From Mobula birostris (taxonomy: Eukaryota), in NCBI RefSeq assembly GCF_030028105.1, contig NC_092397.1, forward strand, positions 42,784,613 to 42,848,612: a DNA stretch of 64,000 nucleotides. The letters are read 5' to 3'. The notes beneath the pieces were generated by a model. It was not told the DNA's origin, ran no database searches, and saw only the letters and a list, made by a program, of their open reading frames with translations. Every line of letters starts with the position of its first letter. Position 1 is the first letter of the stretch. This document shows positions 34,601 to 47,524 of the stretch, in pieces. The translations under genes were made by a program, and so were the position numbers.

Positions 34601-36137
34601 ACTCCCTTAGAGTCAGGGGCTTAGATATCACTGAATATGTTAGAAGAATACTGGGATGTTACTTAACATAGAAGTGGATAGTCTAACTTGGGAAGGGGGT
34701 CATAGAAAACATTGTATCGGGAAATGAGCTTGGCCATTGACAGAAGTTTCATGTTGGGAACAGTAAGGACAAGGCTGGACCAGGTGATAATGTGGTCATT
34801 TGGGGTACAGTTAATTGCAACTGTCTACATTGAACATGTAAATGATGTTTAAAAGCAATCAGGTCAGAATTCAGACAGAACTGTTTCTATGAGGAGGAAA
34901 GACAAGGATGGTAAAGTCTGGCAGAGGGGCATAGTGAGAGATGTTATGAATTCAGATGGGAATAAAATGAAGGATAAGGAATACTTCAGAAGTAGAAATT
35001 GGAGAAGGCCTCTGGCAACATGAAGCAAGGAAAGGAAGAGAGAAGTTAGAGAGAGAATCAGAAGTGTGAAACGGGAAGAAGAAATAACTTTGGTGAGAAG
35101 GGGCACTGCGGAGAGCGTACGACAACACAAGCACAGAGGAGAGGGTTTATGTCTGAAGTGTGCGAGAGACTAAACCAGTTCTTCTCATCAGTATTCATCA
35201 TTGTGGTCATGGAGGATAGTGAGATCAGAGAAGGGAATGCTGATATTCCAGGGCATGTTGTTCCTCAGGCAATAGAGACAAACAGGAAATTATAGATTGG
35301 TGAGACTTGGATCAATGCTCGGGAAATTATTGGAGAATATTATTAGAGATAGGATCTCTAATAAAAGTTAGGAGGGTAAAAGGAGGATATCATGATTCAG
35401 AAGGCAAAGTGAGCAAAATCCAAGAGATTCTCTTGCTTTATTCATAGGAAAAGGTAAGTTAGACACAGAATCATTCCCCTTGGAGGTGAACATGGCCATC
35501 TGTGTGTGGAGGCAAATGAATTAGGAGAGGCTTTCCATGAATATTTCTGACAATTATTTCACCATTGCAAAAATTCTTTTAGGTTGTTAAATCTCCAGGG
35601 CCTTATCAGGTACATTCTCGTACTTTGTGGGAAGCTGGAGAATACACTGTGGAGGCCAGGGGAGAGATTATTTTGCTCCATCTCAGGCACAAGTTGAGGT
35701 TGCACATGATTGGACAGGGTGAGTAATGTGGAATTGATAGTTTTGAGGCCAAGACCGTGGATGATACAAAGAGGCAAGCAGTGATGAGGAAGCAGGGAGT
35801 CTGCAGTAGCACTTGGACAGATTTGGAGAATGGACAAGGAAGTGCCAGATGAAGTACAGTATAAGGAAGTGTGTGGTCATGTACTCTGGTAGGAGGAATA
35901 ACAGCCTAGGCTCTTTCTAATCAGGGAGAGAACAGAAATCATTTGTGCAAAGGGTCTTAGTGCACGATTCCCTAAAGGTTAATGTACACATTGAGTTGGT
36001 AGTGAGGAAGGCAAATGCAATATTTGCATGCATTTCAAGAGAACCAGAAAATAAAACCAAGGATCTAATGCTGAGGCTTTGGTCAGAGCTTATTTGGAGT
36101 ATCATGAGCAGGGTTGGGTAACTTTTCTAAGAAAGGA
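31700..36137. mobile_element. Heavily decayed CR1/L2-type fragments
   Basis: Scattered motifs (MHIGKSNQCRSYTMN, FAQFWSSSCRKDVMKLESV, ETMWIELR..GLYHRPP). Confidence 0.55.
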
Positions 36138-37650
36138 CTAGTGTTGAAATTGCGGGGGCCCTGGCAGAAATATTTAAAACGTTGCTGTCTACGGGTGAAG
36201 TGCCGGAGAATTGGAGAGTGGCTCATGTTGCTCCGTTGTTTAAAAAAGGATCGAAAAGTAATCCGGGAAATTATAGGCCGGTGAGTTTAACATCAGTAGT
36301 AAGTAAGTTATTGGAGGGAGTACTAAGAGACAGAATCTACAAGCATTTGGATAGACAGGGGCTTATTAGGGAGAGTCAACATGGCTTTGTGCGTGGTAGG
36401 TCATGTTTGACCAATCTGTTGGAGTTTTTCGAGGAGGTTACCAGGAAAGTGGATGAAGGGAAGGCAGTGGATATTGTCTACATGGACTTAAGTAAGGCCT
36501 TTGACAAGGTCCCGCATGGGAGGTTAGTTAGGAAAATTCAGTTGCTAGGTATATATGGAGAGGTGGTAAATTGGATTGGACATTGGCTCAATGGAAGAAG
36601 CCAGAGAGTGGTGGTAGAAAATTGCTTCTCTGAGTGGAGGCCTGTGACTAGTGGTGTGCCACAGGGATCAGTGCTGGGTCCATTGTTATTTGTCATCTAT
36701 ATCAATGATCTGGATGATAATGTGGTAAATTGGATCAGCAAGTTTGCTGATGATACAAAGATTGGAAGTGTAGTAGACAGTGAGGAAGGTTTTCAGAGCC
36801 TGCAGAGGGACTTGGACCATCTGGAAAAATGGGCTGAAAAATGGCAGATGGACTTTAATACTGACAAGTGTGAGGTATTGCACATTGGAAGGACAAACCA
36901 ACGTAGAACATACAGGGTTAATGGTAAGGCACTGAGGAGTGCACTGGAACAGAGGGATCTGGGAATACAGATACAAAATTCCCTAAAAGTGTCATCACAG
37001 GTAGATAGGGTCGTAAAGAGAGCTTTTGGTACATTGGCCTTTATTAATCGAAGTATTGAGTATAAGAGCTGGAATGTTATGATGAGGTTGTATAAGGCAT
37101 TGGTGAGGCCGAATCTGGAGTATTGTGTTCAGTTTTGGTCACCAAATTACAGGAAGGATATAAATAAGGTTGAAAGAGTGCAGAGAAGGTTTACAAGGAT
37201 GTTGCCGGGACTTCAGAAACTCAGTTACAGAGAAAGGTTGAATAGGTTAGGACTTTATTCCCTGGAGCACAGAAGAATGAGAGGAGATTTGATAGAGGTA
37301 TATAAAATTATGATGGGTATAGATAGAGTGAATGCAAGCAGGCTTTTTCCACTGAGGCAAGGGGAGAAAAAAACCAGAGGACATAGGGTGAGAGGAGTAA
37401 AGTTTAAAGGGAACATTGGGGGGGGCTTCTTCACACAGAGAGTGGTGGGAGTATGGAATGAGCTGTCAGACGAGGTGGTAAATGCGCGTTCTTTTTTAAC
37501 ATTTAAGAATAAATTTGACAGATACATGGATGGGAGGTGTATGGAGGGATATGGTCCGTGTGCAGGTCAGTGGGACTAGGCAGAAAATGGTTTGGCACAG
37601 CCAAGAAGGGCCAAAAGGCCTGTTTCTGTGCTGTAATTTCTATGGTTCTA
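36138..37650 (+). mobile_element. Young 5'-truncated CR1 LINE with a 465-aa open RT C-terminal frame
   Basis: YRPVSLTS, KAFDKVPH, GVPQGSVLGP, KFADD; ttctatgg tail; inserted into an older CR1 at aagga/gga. Confidence 0.95.
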
Positions 37651-40600
37651 CGGATGTGCTGGCATTGCAGAGGCTGGAGTGGAAATTCAAGAGAATGATC
37701 CCAGGACTGAAAGAGTTAGGATGTAATAATCATTTGATGATCTGGGCCTGTAGTCACTGGAGTCCAGAAGAATGAGGGAGAATCTTATAGAAACACATTG
37801 AATATTGAACGGCCTAGATAGTGTTGATGTGAGAGGATGTTTCCAATAATGGAGGAATCTAGAACCAAACCACTCCCTCAATAAAATAAAGTAGAATGGA
37901 GATGAGTAATTTCTTTAGTCAGAAGGTGATGAATCAATGGATGTCATTTGCATAGGCAACCATAAAGACAGTCAGTAGGTTTATTTAAAGCAGAGGTTAG
38001 TAGATTTTTAATTATTATTAAGGGTATCAAAGTTTATGGATAGAAGGCAGGAGAATGGGGTTGAGAGGGATATATGATGAACAGAACAGACTGAATGGGC
38101 CAAAAGGCCTAATCCTGCTCCTATGACTTCAGGACTGTTGGTTTATGCGGTGCCATTGTTTAAAAAGGGTAGTGGAAACTACAGGCCTATCACTCTGTAA
38201 TATGTTGGAGTTTCTGAAGAACGGGATCTACCAACATTTGGTTTGAATCAAGACAGTCAGCAGAGTTTTGTGCAAGGGAAATCAAGGCAAATTTCTTGCA
38301 GCTCTTTGAGGAGTTTCACAAGAGCGCTGATGATGTTAGGGCTGTGGATATTGTCTATATGGACATTAGCCAGGCCTTTGACTATAGTCTGGAAGGTTAG
38401 ATCTATAAAATGGAATCTGGGGAGATAGTTGATCGATTCCATAATTGCCTCCGTGACAGAAGGCAGAGGCTGATGGTTGAGGGTTGTGTCTCAGACTGGA
38501 GGTGTCTGTCTAGTGGTGTGCCACTGGGTGACAGGACCTTTGTTGTTTGTAATTTATATAAATAATGTCCATGTGAATGTATAGTTCACTGAAAGTGACG
38601 TCTCAGCTAGATACGGTGGTGAAGATGGGGTTTGATCTGCCGGCCTTCATCATTCATGTCACCGAGTACAAGGGTTGAGAAGAAGTGTTGCAGATACACA
38701 AGTCTTTGGTGAGGGCTGATCAAAGGAAACCATGCTGACTTTGGCCTATTTTTTCATGTGTTGCCAAGTACCCGAAAATACATCCTTGACAATCGACTCC
38801 ATTATCTTCCCAACCACTGAGATCGGACTAACTGGCCTATGATTTGCTTTCTTCTGCCTCCCTCTCTTCTTTAAAAGTGGATGACCTTTGCAATCTTCCT
38901 GTTCTCTGGAACCACACCAGAATCCAGAGATTATGGAAAGATTATTATTAAAACTGCCACAATCTCGTCAGCCACATCTTTCATAGCACTGGTATAGACA
39001 ATCTGGTCCAGGTGAATTACCTACCTTCAGACCTTTCAGTTTCCCAAGGACCATCTCCCTAGTAAAGACAAAGCAGACTGCTAATGTCTTCCCCACTGAA
39101 GACTGATGCACAATACTTATTCAGTTTGTCTGCCATTTTCCTCTACCCCATTACTACCTCTCCAGTAACAACTTCCAATGAACCAATATCTATCGTTGCC
39201 TCTCTTTTACACTTTGTATATCTGAAGAAACTTTTGGTATCCTCTTTAATACCAGTGGCTGGCTTACCTTCGTATTCCAATTTTTTCCTCTCCTTATGAC
39301 TTTTTTCATTGCCTTTTGTTGGTTTTAAAAGTTATAAATCCTCTGAGAGTCAGGGACATCTCAGAGCAGATACAGAACAGGGGGACGGTGATCATTCAGC
39401 CGGTGATGGTGATTCATGTCAGTACCAATGGACAGGTAGAAAAGGGATGATGTCCCACAGTGAATATAGAGAGTTAGGGAAGAAATTATGGAGCAGAACC
39501 TGAAAGGTTGTAATCTCCGGGTTACTCCCAGTGCCCTGTGGTGGTAGGGATACAAACCGAAAGTGAGAGCAGATGAATGTGTGGCTGAGGAGCTGATACA
39601 GGGGCAGGGTTTCTGGATGATGGAACATTGGAACCTCTTCTGGTGCTGGGGTGACCTGTACAAGATGGATAGTTTGCACCTTCACTGGAGGAGGGTCAGT
39701 ATCATGAGGTTCATTGCTGCTCCCGATGAGGGTTGAAACGAGATTGACAGGGGGATGTGAAACTGAACACCAGTCACTGAATGGAGAGGTTGAAGCTGAG
39801 TTAGATGCCAAGCACAGCAATATGTAATGATGGATTTTGAGGCAAATCCACATCTGACCTGGAGTTTGTTTAAAGACCAGTGCGGTGTTTTAGGGCCAAT
39901 TTGTTCCAGTAAGAGGGAAGGTCAAGGATGGCAAGGTTCAGAAACCTTGGATGATGAGCCAAGAAGTTAATTTAATCAAGGAGGAGAAGAAGCATAACAC
40001 ATCAAAGTTGCTGGTGAACGCAGCAGGCCAGGCAGCATCTGTAGGAAGAGGTACAGTCGACGTTCCAGGCCGAGACCCTTCGTCAGGACTGGTCAAGAAG
40101 CATAAGTAAGGCTTAGGAATCTGTAATCAAACAGGGTGTTTGAGGACTATATTTAAAAAACAGGGGAACTCAAGAACGTTTGGAGAGCTGGAAACAGTGA
40201 TGAAAAATCTCAGGCAAGTAGGATTGAAGATAATCCCATTGCATTCCATACATTCGTTGTGGTGAAAAGGATACTTAGGGCTGCACTTTGGGAGATCCAT
40301 GATCAAGGGTGTGTACAGTTAATGGTAGGAACATTAACAGTATTGACAAAGAGAAGGATGTCGAGGTTCAGAGACATCGTTTCCCCAAAACTGGGAGCAC
40401 AGGTTGACAGGGAGGTAAAGTCGGTGTATGGCATGTTTACCTTCATCAGGCAAGGCACTGGGTTCAAGCACCAGGACATTATGTTACAGGTTTATAAAAT
40501 GCTGGTTAGACCACATTGAGAGTATAGTGTTCAGTTCTGATCACCTCATTATAGGAAGCATGTGGAGGGTTTGGAGCAGGATGTCTGGAGGAGGTGTGCG

Positions 40601-40910
40601 CTGAGGAGAGCCTCGACATGCTGAAACTTTTTCTTCTGAAGTGGCGTCGGCTCAGGAGAGATTTGATAGAAACCTGTGGAATTTTGAGTGTCATAGTTGG
40701 TGTGGACAGCCAGTAGTATTTTTCACAAAAGGGATGTATTTAAGCTCAGAGGAAGAAAGTGAAGACAACAGATTGATGGAGACATGGAATGCACTGTCAG
40801 GGGTGGTGGCAGAGGCAGAGAGCACAGGAGTATTTAAGGAAATCTTAGACAGTCACAGGAATATGTAGAGATGGGCCAAAGGGCCACTCCTGTACTGTCC
40901 TTTGTTCTCT
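37651..40910. mobile_element. Decayed CR1 fragments including an ORF1 esterase remnant (39350-39700, +)
   Basis: EYRELGKKLWSRT*KVVISGLLPVP; DIMLQVYKMLVRPH. Confidence 0.6.
39997..40090 (-). mobile_element. About 95-bp Penelope-derived insertion (hammerhead plus tail)
   Basis: Matches 2746-2838; flanked by agaagcataa direct repeats. Confidence 0.7.
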
Positions 40911-41115
40911 GAACAGTAGATGGCCCCTGGGCATGGATCAGTGTATGAGACTGGGATATTATATTGAAAAGTTAAAGTCTGTCCCGAGCGTTTAATTCGC
41001 GGAAGGAGAGAAAACGTTACCAGGGGTGGCTCCGGTCGGGGCCGTGACAGATCACAGCCCAGTTACTCTGAACGGAAATCACTCGCTGTTCAGCCCTTCC
41101 ACAGGCACCGTGAGT

Positions 41116-41131
41116 GGCTCTGAAAAGAGCC
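41116..41131 (-). terminator. Histone 3' stem-loop (H2A)
   Basis: Minus strand GGCTCT-TTTC-AGAGCC-ACTCA. Confidence 0.95.
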
Positions 41132-41161
41132 TTTGGGTAAATAGGTTCAGCTTACGTCGCT

Positions 41162-41545
41162 TCACTTATTGGCACCGCCGGTTTTCTTGGGCAACAGCAC
41201 AGCCTGGATATTGGGTAACACACCGCCCTGAGCGATAGTCACCCCTCCCAGCAGCTTGTTGAGCTCCTCGTCGTTGCGGACGGCCAGCTGCAGGTGTCGG
41301 GGGATGATGCGGGTTTTCTTATTGTCCCGGGCCGCGTTGCCGGCCAATTCGAGGATTTCGGCTGTCAGATACTCGAGCACAGCAGCCAGATAGACCGGGG
41401 CTCCGGCACCCACCCGCTCAGCATAGTTGCCCTTTCTTAGGAGTCTGTGAACCCGGCCGACTGGGAACTGCAGTCCAGCCCGAGATGAGCGAGATTTGGC
41501 CTTGGACCGAACTTTGCCGGCGCCGCCTTTTCCACGTCCAGACAT
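41162..41545 (-). CDS. H2A: Histone H2A
   Basis: [36 protein letters not shown]..; true ATG at 41545; 127 aa. Confidence 0.98.
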   Translation of the reverse strand: MSGRGKGGAGKVRSKAKSRSSRAGLQFPVGRVHRLLRKGNYAERVGAGAPVYLAAVLEYLTAEILELAGNAARDNKKTRIIPRHLQLAVRNDEELNKLLGGVTIAQGGVLPNIQAVLLPKKTGGANK

Positions 41546-41609
41546 TTTCACAGCCACAGTAACCCCTCCAACGACAGTGAGGAAATGGTCACCGCGCCCC
41601 AACTCGTAT

Positions 41610-41725
41610 TCTTATAGCTTCTTTGAGAATGCAAAGTAATGCTTGTGATTGGTTTAATGCTGCTTGTTTTCATTGGTGAAAAGAAATGGCCCAATCGACG
41701 AACTGTCTTAATCACCAATCAAGAG
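41610..41725 (-). promoter_or_regulatory. H2A promoter (TATA, four CCAAT boxes)
   Basis: cttatag at 41611; attgg at about 41648 and 41672; ccaat at about 41691 and 41715. Confidence 0.65.
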
Positions 41726-42408
41726 CCGGTAAAGGTAGAAGCGCGGAAAGTAACCTTCTCCTCCCCAAAGTGCGCTGAAAAATGGAAAAACCCCGCCAAA
41801 AAAAACTCATTGTTCACATTTAATCTGAAATTAAATCATTGCTGATCTGTTTGACGACTGGGTCTTTGTAATTCCCCCGTTACTGAAATCGGACACATTT
41901 AATGCAAGTGTAGTTGATATTGGAGTGTCTGGGAACTCAAATTTCTAATTTCTTTCAACTCGTAAAGGAACCGAGTAAAACTGACACTCAGCTTCTGTCC
42001 GGTGCCGGTCATTGTGTAAACGTTATCAGGTTATGGAGCCTTCTCAAACTGTCCCCAGCGTCTACTCTGCAACTTGAAAAAAAAGTTGTTCTATGAAAGA
42101 ACCGTGTAGTCGTTCCGGCCTCGCATTGAAATGAGATTCAGAGAAGTTACCTAACTGTAACCAATAAACTCCTGAACCTACAGCTAAAACAGCAACGGCA
42201 GCAATCCTCCGCTCGACATGTATACCGGCAGGGACGGACTGATGGGAGGTAACAATTCCGTTTTAGGAATGTTAAACACCGGGATTATACGGGGAAGATG
42301 AACCGGATATTCCAACCACTCTTTAGCTCTTGTAAAAGTCACCACACATAAAACGTGCGCCATGTATTGCTTAAATGCTGGTACAACTCTCTCAGTGAAA
42401 TCGTGAGT

Positions 42409-42424
42409 GGCTCTTAAAAGAGCC
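42409..42424 (-). terminator. Histone 3' stem-loop (H2B)
   Basis: Minus strand GGCTCT-TTTA-AGAGCC-ACTCA. Confidence 0.95.
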
Positions 42425-42455
42425 GTTGTGTTTTCGATCATCTCACTGGGGAGCT

Positions 42456-42830
42456 TTACTTGGAGCTGGTGTACTTGGTCACCGCCTTTGTCCCTTCGGA
42501 CACGGCGTGCTTGGCCAGCTCCCCGGGCAGCAACAGACGCACGGCGGTCTGGACCTCCCGTGAGGTGATGGTTGACCGCTTGTTGTAATGGGCCAGGCGG
42601 GAAGCCTCGCCCCCGATGCGCTCGAAGATATCGTTGACGAACGAGTTCATGATGCTCATGGCCTTGGAGGAGATGCCAGTATCGGGGTGAACCTGCTTCA
42701 TCACTTTGTAGATGTAGATGGAGTAACTCTCCTTCCTCAGCCTCTTGCGCTTCTTCCCTGCCTTGCCCGCTGGTTTGGGCAGAGCTTTCTTGGCGCCCTT
42801 CTTCGGAGCGGGTTTCGCTGTCTCAGGCAT
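42456..42830 (-). CDS. H2B: Histone H2B
   Basis: 124-aa H2B; TATTTAA box and octamer-like ATGCTAAT (42909) upstream; stem-loop downstream. Confidence 0.98.
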   Translation of the reverse strand: MPETAKPAPKKGAKKALPKPAGKAGKKRKRLRKESYSIYIYKVMKQVHPDTGISSKAMSIMNSFVNDIFERIGGEASRLAHYNKRSTITSREVQTAVRLLLPGELAKHAVSEGTKAVTKYTSSK

Positions 42831-43504
42831 TTCAGCTGACCGCTTCAGAAGCAGAAATAAGCAAATCGCGCTCCCAGGACGAATTAAATAGGCAGCGCCC
42901 AGAGGTGTATGCTAATGAGGGATGGGATGCCGAGGATTCTCAATGGCTATTTGAAGCAAAGATTCACGCAGTAAAATCATTTGATTGGATAGCTGAAGAA
43001 ATTCGTTTAACCAATCAGGACTCCCTCTCCACTACCCCGTGTTCGGTCTGGGTACACCGTGGACTGGGAACTGTCGCTGATCTGGTGAGTTGCCGCTGCC
43101 GGTTATTTCGGCAGGAGGGAAATCTAAAGTACAAAATGGACCAACCACAGCGGCAGTATTCGGCCATTCGGCCCATCGTATCTGCTAGAAAAGCAGATGG
43201 AATGAGAAAAACACGCACCTGATAATATGAGACGTTTCTGTAATGAAACAGGGCAGCAGGAGACCGAAGCTCAAATGGACCAGGTGAAAGATAAATTTAC
43301 TGCAGCAGCATCATAAACACATAGTATCCACGATACAGCGCTTACAAGAACTAAACTTGCTGTACAGAATTGTAAAAAGATAAGAGAATTTGAATATCAA
43401 GACAGTCCATTGCAGTGTAAATTGATCAAAGTGGTGCTGTCTTGAGGTGGGGAGGAGCGTTGCTCGGGTTTGTTAAAGTACGTAATGTCTGTATATTACG
43501 TACA

Positions 43505-43731
43505 GGGTTCATTCTGTACTCGTCAGTCTCTGGTACAGTGTGAGAGTGTGGGGTTCATTCTGTACCCGTCAGTCTCTGGTACAGTGTGAGAGGGTGGGGT
43601 TCATTCTGTACCTGTCAGTCTCTGGTACAGTGTGAGAGTGTGGGGTTCATTCTGTCCCTGTCAGTCTCTGGTACAGTGTGAGAGTGTGGGGTTCATTCTG
43701 TACCTGTCAGTCTCTGGTACAGTGTGGGAGT
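43505..43731. repeat. 46-bp minisatellite, 5 copies
   Basis: gggttcattctgtacc(c/t)gtcagtctctggtacagtgtgagagtgtg starting at 43505, 43551, 43597, 43643, 43689. Confidence 0.95.
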
Positions 43732-43849
43732 TGATACTTGGCACTGTCTCTCTCCCAGTCTCTCATGCAGTGTAAGTGTATATAAGTTCTTTCAGATTCA
43801 TCCTCACAATTGAATTCTTTTTAGCTTTTTAAACAATATCATACAATGC

Positions 43850-44290
43850 GATGTGGCCACACATTTGTTGGAGGAACAACACCTTATGGGTGGTTTCCAA
43901 CCTGACGGAATGAACATCGAACTCTCGCATTTCTGGCATAATGCCTCCCGCTGCCCCCCCCCCCTTCACCATTTCCCATCATCTTGCCCACCCACCATCT
44001 CCCTCTGGTGCTCCTCCCCCATTTCTTTCTTCCATGGCCTCCTGTCTCTTTCACTAATCAACTTCCCAGCCCCCTACAGCTTTCACACTCACCTTATTTT
44101 CTCTCTCCCCTTCTCCACCTTTTAAATCTACTCCTCACATTTTCTCCTTTAGTCCTGCCAAAGGGTTTTGGCCCAAATCATTGGCTGTACTTTTTTTTCT
44201 ATAGATGCTGCCTGACCCACTGAGTTTGTTCAGTGTTTTGTGTGTGTCGCTTGGATTTCCAGCAACTGTAGATTTTCTCTTGTTTGTGAC
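43850..44290 (+). mobile_element. Penelope-like 3' end
   Basis: LEEQHL..FQPDGMNIELSHF, pyrimidine-rich tail, degenerate hammerhead at about 44150. Confidence 0.7.
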
Positions 44291-45556
44291 ACAATGCTGT
44301 ACATCGGTATATCAGGGATGATGTATCTGGTTACATTGTACTAATCTGAATGGACTTTGGAGCAGAGCATCCAGAGCAACAAGTCCAGACCATTGAATCC
44401 AACTCTGGTCTTGTGATAAATATGTAACTTTCCTCAAGTCTCTGTCTGGGAGGGATTGAATGGTGTGTATCGTGGAGCAACATTCGGGCTGATGGAACTG
44501 AGAATGATTTTGACTGTAGATATGCAACCAGTGTGTCCACAGTGATCAGTGATGGGACCTCTGCCTGACCAGATCAAAACACACATGGGCTGATCAGATT
44601 GCTGATGACATGAATGTTGGTGTAGTTGTGGGTGGTGAGGAAAGTTTTTAAATGGACACAAGTGGATATAGATCAATTGGAATCATGGATGGAGAAATGG
44701 GGGAAATGGATTTTAATCTGGACAAGTGCGGAGTTTTACAGGTAAAATGTTGGAAGAAACTCCACAGTAAATGGCAGCACCCTTAGGAGCACTAACACAC
44801 GAGAGAACTTGATGTGTTTCTCTGTATCATCCTGCAAGTGTCACTAAAAGGAAGTAAACTGCTCTAAAGATCACAGAGGGGGAGCAGTAAGAGGATTCAG
44901 TGGGGGTGGGGTCACTGTAGGGTAATGTCATGGCTGGAAATGTGTAATTAATGACCACTGACATTCTGTTGTGTTTCTCTTTTAGAAGCTGGACTGCTGT
45001 TATAATGTAAGTATGTGAAGTTTTTTTTTAAACTGTGCTTTATGTTTCTGTATTTGGAGGACAATTAATGAGTTGTTATGGTTTTCCTGAAACAGAAAAT
45101 GCCTCATGCCATTTTATTTGTAAAAGCCTTCACACTGCAAGAATACCGCAGTATCAATCTGCAACAAGAAAGCCTGGTCACATTCTCTTGAGGTTCAATG
45201 GCATTTCTGACTCAGTTTACTGCCGTCGAATGCCAGCAGGGTCACAATCAGCAGAAACTCTCACAAAGCAGCTGTTTGTATTGTGTGCTTTAGTAGGTCT
45301 GTGGGAGATACCCAGAATGTGAAGCTATAGTAATGGAGAGAGATACAAGTCACAGCTTGATGGGCAGAGAGGAAAACAGAGAATTTGATGTTGTGTCCTT
45401 ATGCCTGAACTATGCCCAGTTAGAAGTGTTGTTCCTCCGGACAGTATTCAGCCTCACTGTGACAGTGTGACATCAGACATCAACATGAAAACTAAAATAA
45501 TCTCACTGAGATATATTCTCTTTCACCTGTTGATCTTCTTTGCAAACATTTTACAG

Positions 45557-46140
45557 GGCAGAAAAGGCAAAGAATTTCTGTCTGAGAATCTCAAATGCAA
45601 CAGCGTGTCACTTCTGCTGTGTCTGTCAGTTCCCCAGCATTTGAATGCTACCAATCACTGAATATGAAGGGGGAGATGGTTGAGAAGACAGCACACCAGA
45701 GTCCCAATATGTGGACTTCTCCATGGACTGACCTAATAAATGGCCATAGAGTTGATACCAGTGAGTTGACGTTCACCACCTCTCATTTTGGAAGGGATTC
45801 ACCAGGCCACTGCACCTGCAGATACACCAGCCAATTCACATGGGGAGAGGCCATTCACCTGCTCCGTGTGTGGGACGGGATTAATTCAGTCCCATGAGCT
45901 CTTACAACACCAGCCAGTTCACACCGGTGAGCAGCTAGACTTGGCTCTGTTGTCTCTGTCTCTCAGTAAAGCTTCACACCTGTTCCGAGTGTGGGAGGAG
46001 ATTCAGTCAGTTCACCCACCGTGTGAGGCTCCAGTGAGTTTACAATTCATAGAGGACACACTTCTGTCCTGAGTCAGCAAAGAAATTTACTCAAGTCATC
46101 CCACCTGCTGAAACATCAGCAACTTCACATCAGGGAGGAA
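45557..46140 (+). pseudogene. Decayed C2H2 zinc-finger gene terminal exon
   Basis: [31 protein letters not shown] and CSECGRRF remnants with frameshifts; splice acceptor at 45555-45556. Confidence 0.7.
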
Positions 46141-46835
46141 GTTAAAATAAGCTGTATATGGGACTGTTAATGTCAGATTCCACAGATCTTGTGGCTGGTC
46201 ATCAGACCCAGGACTGAACCCTGGTCACTGAGCATTGAGGGGGTTCATCCCACCATCTTAAAATACACTGGTGTTTAATATTGTGGATCTGTCGTAGACA
46301 AATAGATCAATTCCATTTCAAATCCTGTGTCTCAGGTGCTTCCTCCCTGTCACACCGATAATGAACAGTCCAGAGGCCACTCAGTCCAGCTGGTACCTGC
46401 TTGTGTTCCTATTGCACACCAGAGCTTTCAACCCCCTCCCTGCCGTTCACCACTCACTCACCCTATAATGTTCAGGATGTAACTGGTCACCGGTCTGGCG
46501 ATGAAGAGGTTTACCTTGAATTCACTCCACGACTTTCTGTAAACTGCAGAGGATTAATTTACTGGGGTTTTCTCCCAAATATTCTTCATCCCTCACGGCT
46601 CTGGACCAAGGCTGAAGTCTTGTGTTGTTAAAATCTTCCGCTCCTGCTCTGAAACTGATTGACTGAACAAAAAAAAAAAAAGGTTTATGTTTGCAAAATG
46701 CTGGAGGGAGTCAGTGGCCCCGGCAGCATCTATGGAGAGGAATAAATGGTTGATATTATGGGCCAAGACACTTCATCCTATCTAGACTGTGTATTTGTCT
46801 GCTTAGATGCTGCCTGACCTGCTGAGTTCCCGCAG

Positions 46836-46838
<3 letters not shown>

Positions 46839-46890
<52 letters not shown>
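46839..46890. repeat. (TG)n microsatellite, about 26 units, within a Penelope-derived short element
   Basis: Directly visible. Confidence 0.97.
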
Positions 46891-46895
<5 letters not shown>

Positions 46896-47002
46896 TTACA
46901 GTTTATTCCCAGCATCTGCTGAACCTCGAGTTTCATATCTGCATTTCAAAGTGAGTGGGACTTTGACAGTTGTCACACAAAATGCCTGTTGACATTGAGA
47001 AA

Positions 47003-47522
47003 TAAACAGGAGAAAATCTGCAGATGCTGGAAATCCAAGGAACACACACAATGCAGGAAAAACTGCCAGCCAGGCAGCATCTATGGATAAAAGTACAGCT
47101 GACATTTTGGGCCGAGATTCTTCAGCAGGACTGGAGAAAAACAATGAGGAGTAAATTTTAAAGGTGGGGAGGGGAGAGAGAAACACAAAGTGACACGTGG
47201 AACTGGGAGGGGGAGAGATGAAGTAAAGAGCTGGGAAATTGATCGGTGAAAGAGATACAGAACTGGAGAAGGGGGAGTCTGACAGGAGAGAACAGAAGGC
47301 CATGGATGAAAGAAAAGGTGGGAAGAACACCAGAGGGAGGCGATGGGCAGGCAATGAGAGGGAAAGGGGGATGGGGAATGATGAGCAAGGAGAGGCATGA
47401 CTGGAAGATCAAGAAGTCGATGTTAATGCCATCAGATTGGAGGCTGCCCAGACAGAATACAAGGTGTTGTTCCTCCTACCTGAGTGTGGCCTCATTGTGA
47501 CAGTATACGAGGCCATGGATTG
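47003..47522 (-). mobile_element. Penelope-like 3' end
   Basis: Minus strand HGLVYCHNEATLR*EEQHLVFCLGSLQSDGINIDF plus tail. Confidence 0.75.
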
Positions 47523-47524
47523 AC

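Noticed and set aside
36182-37579. Domesticated reverse-transcriptase gene
   Set aside because: 5'-truncated CR1 with a typical tail and no ATG at the start; the open frame reflects young age
41546-41602. N-terminal extensions of H2A and H2B (MGRGDH.., MFETDQE..) in the ORF track
   Set aside because: They use TTG/GTG starts in the 5' UTR just downstream of the TATA box; the canonical ATGs are at 41545 and 50583
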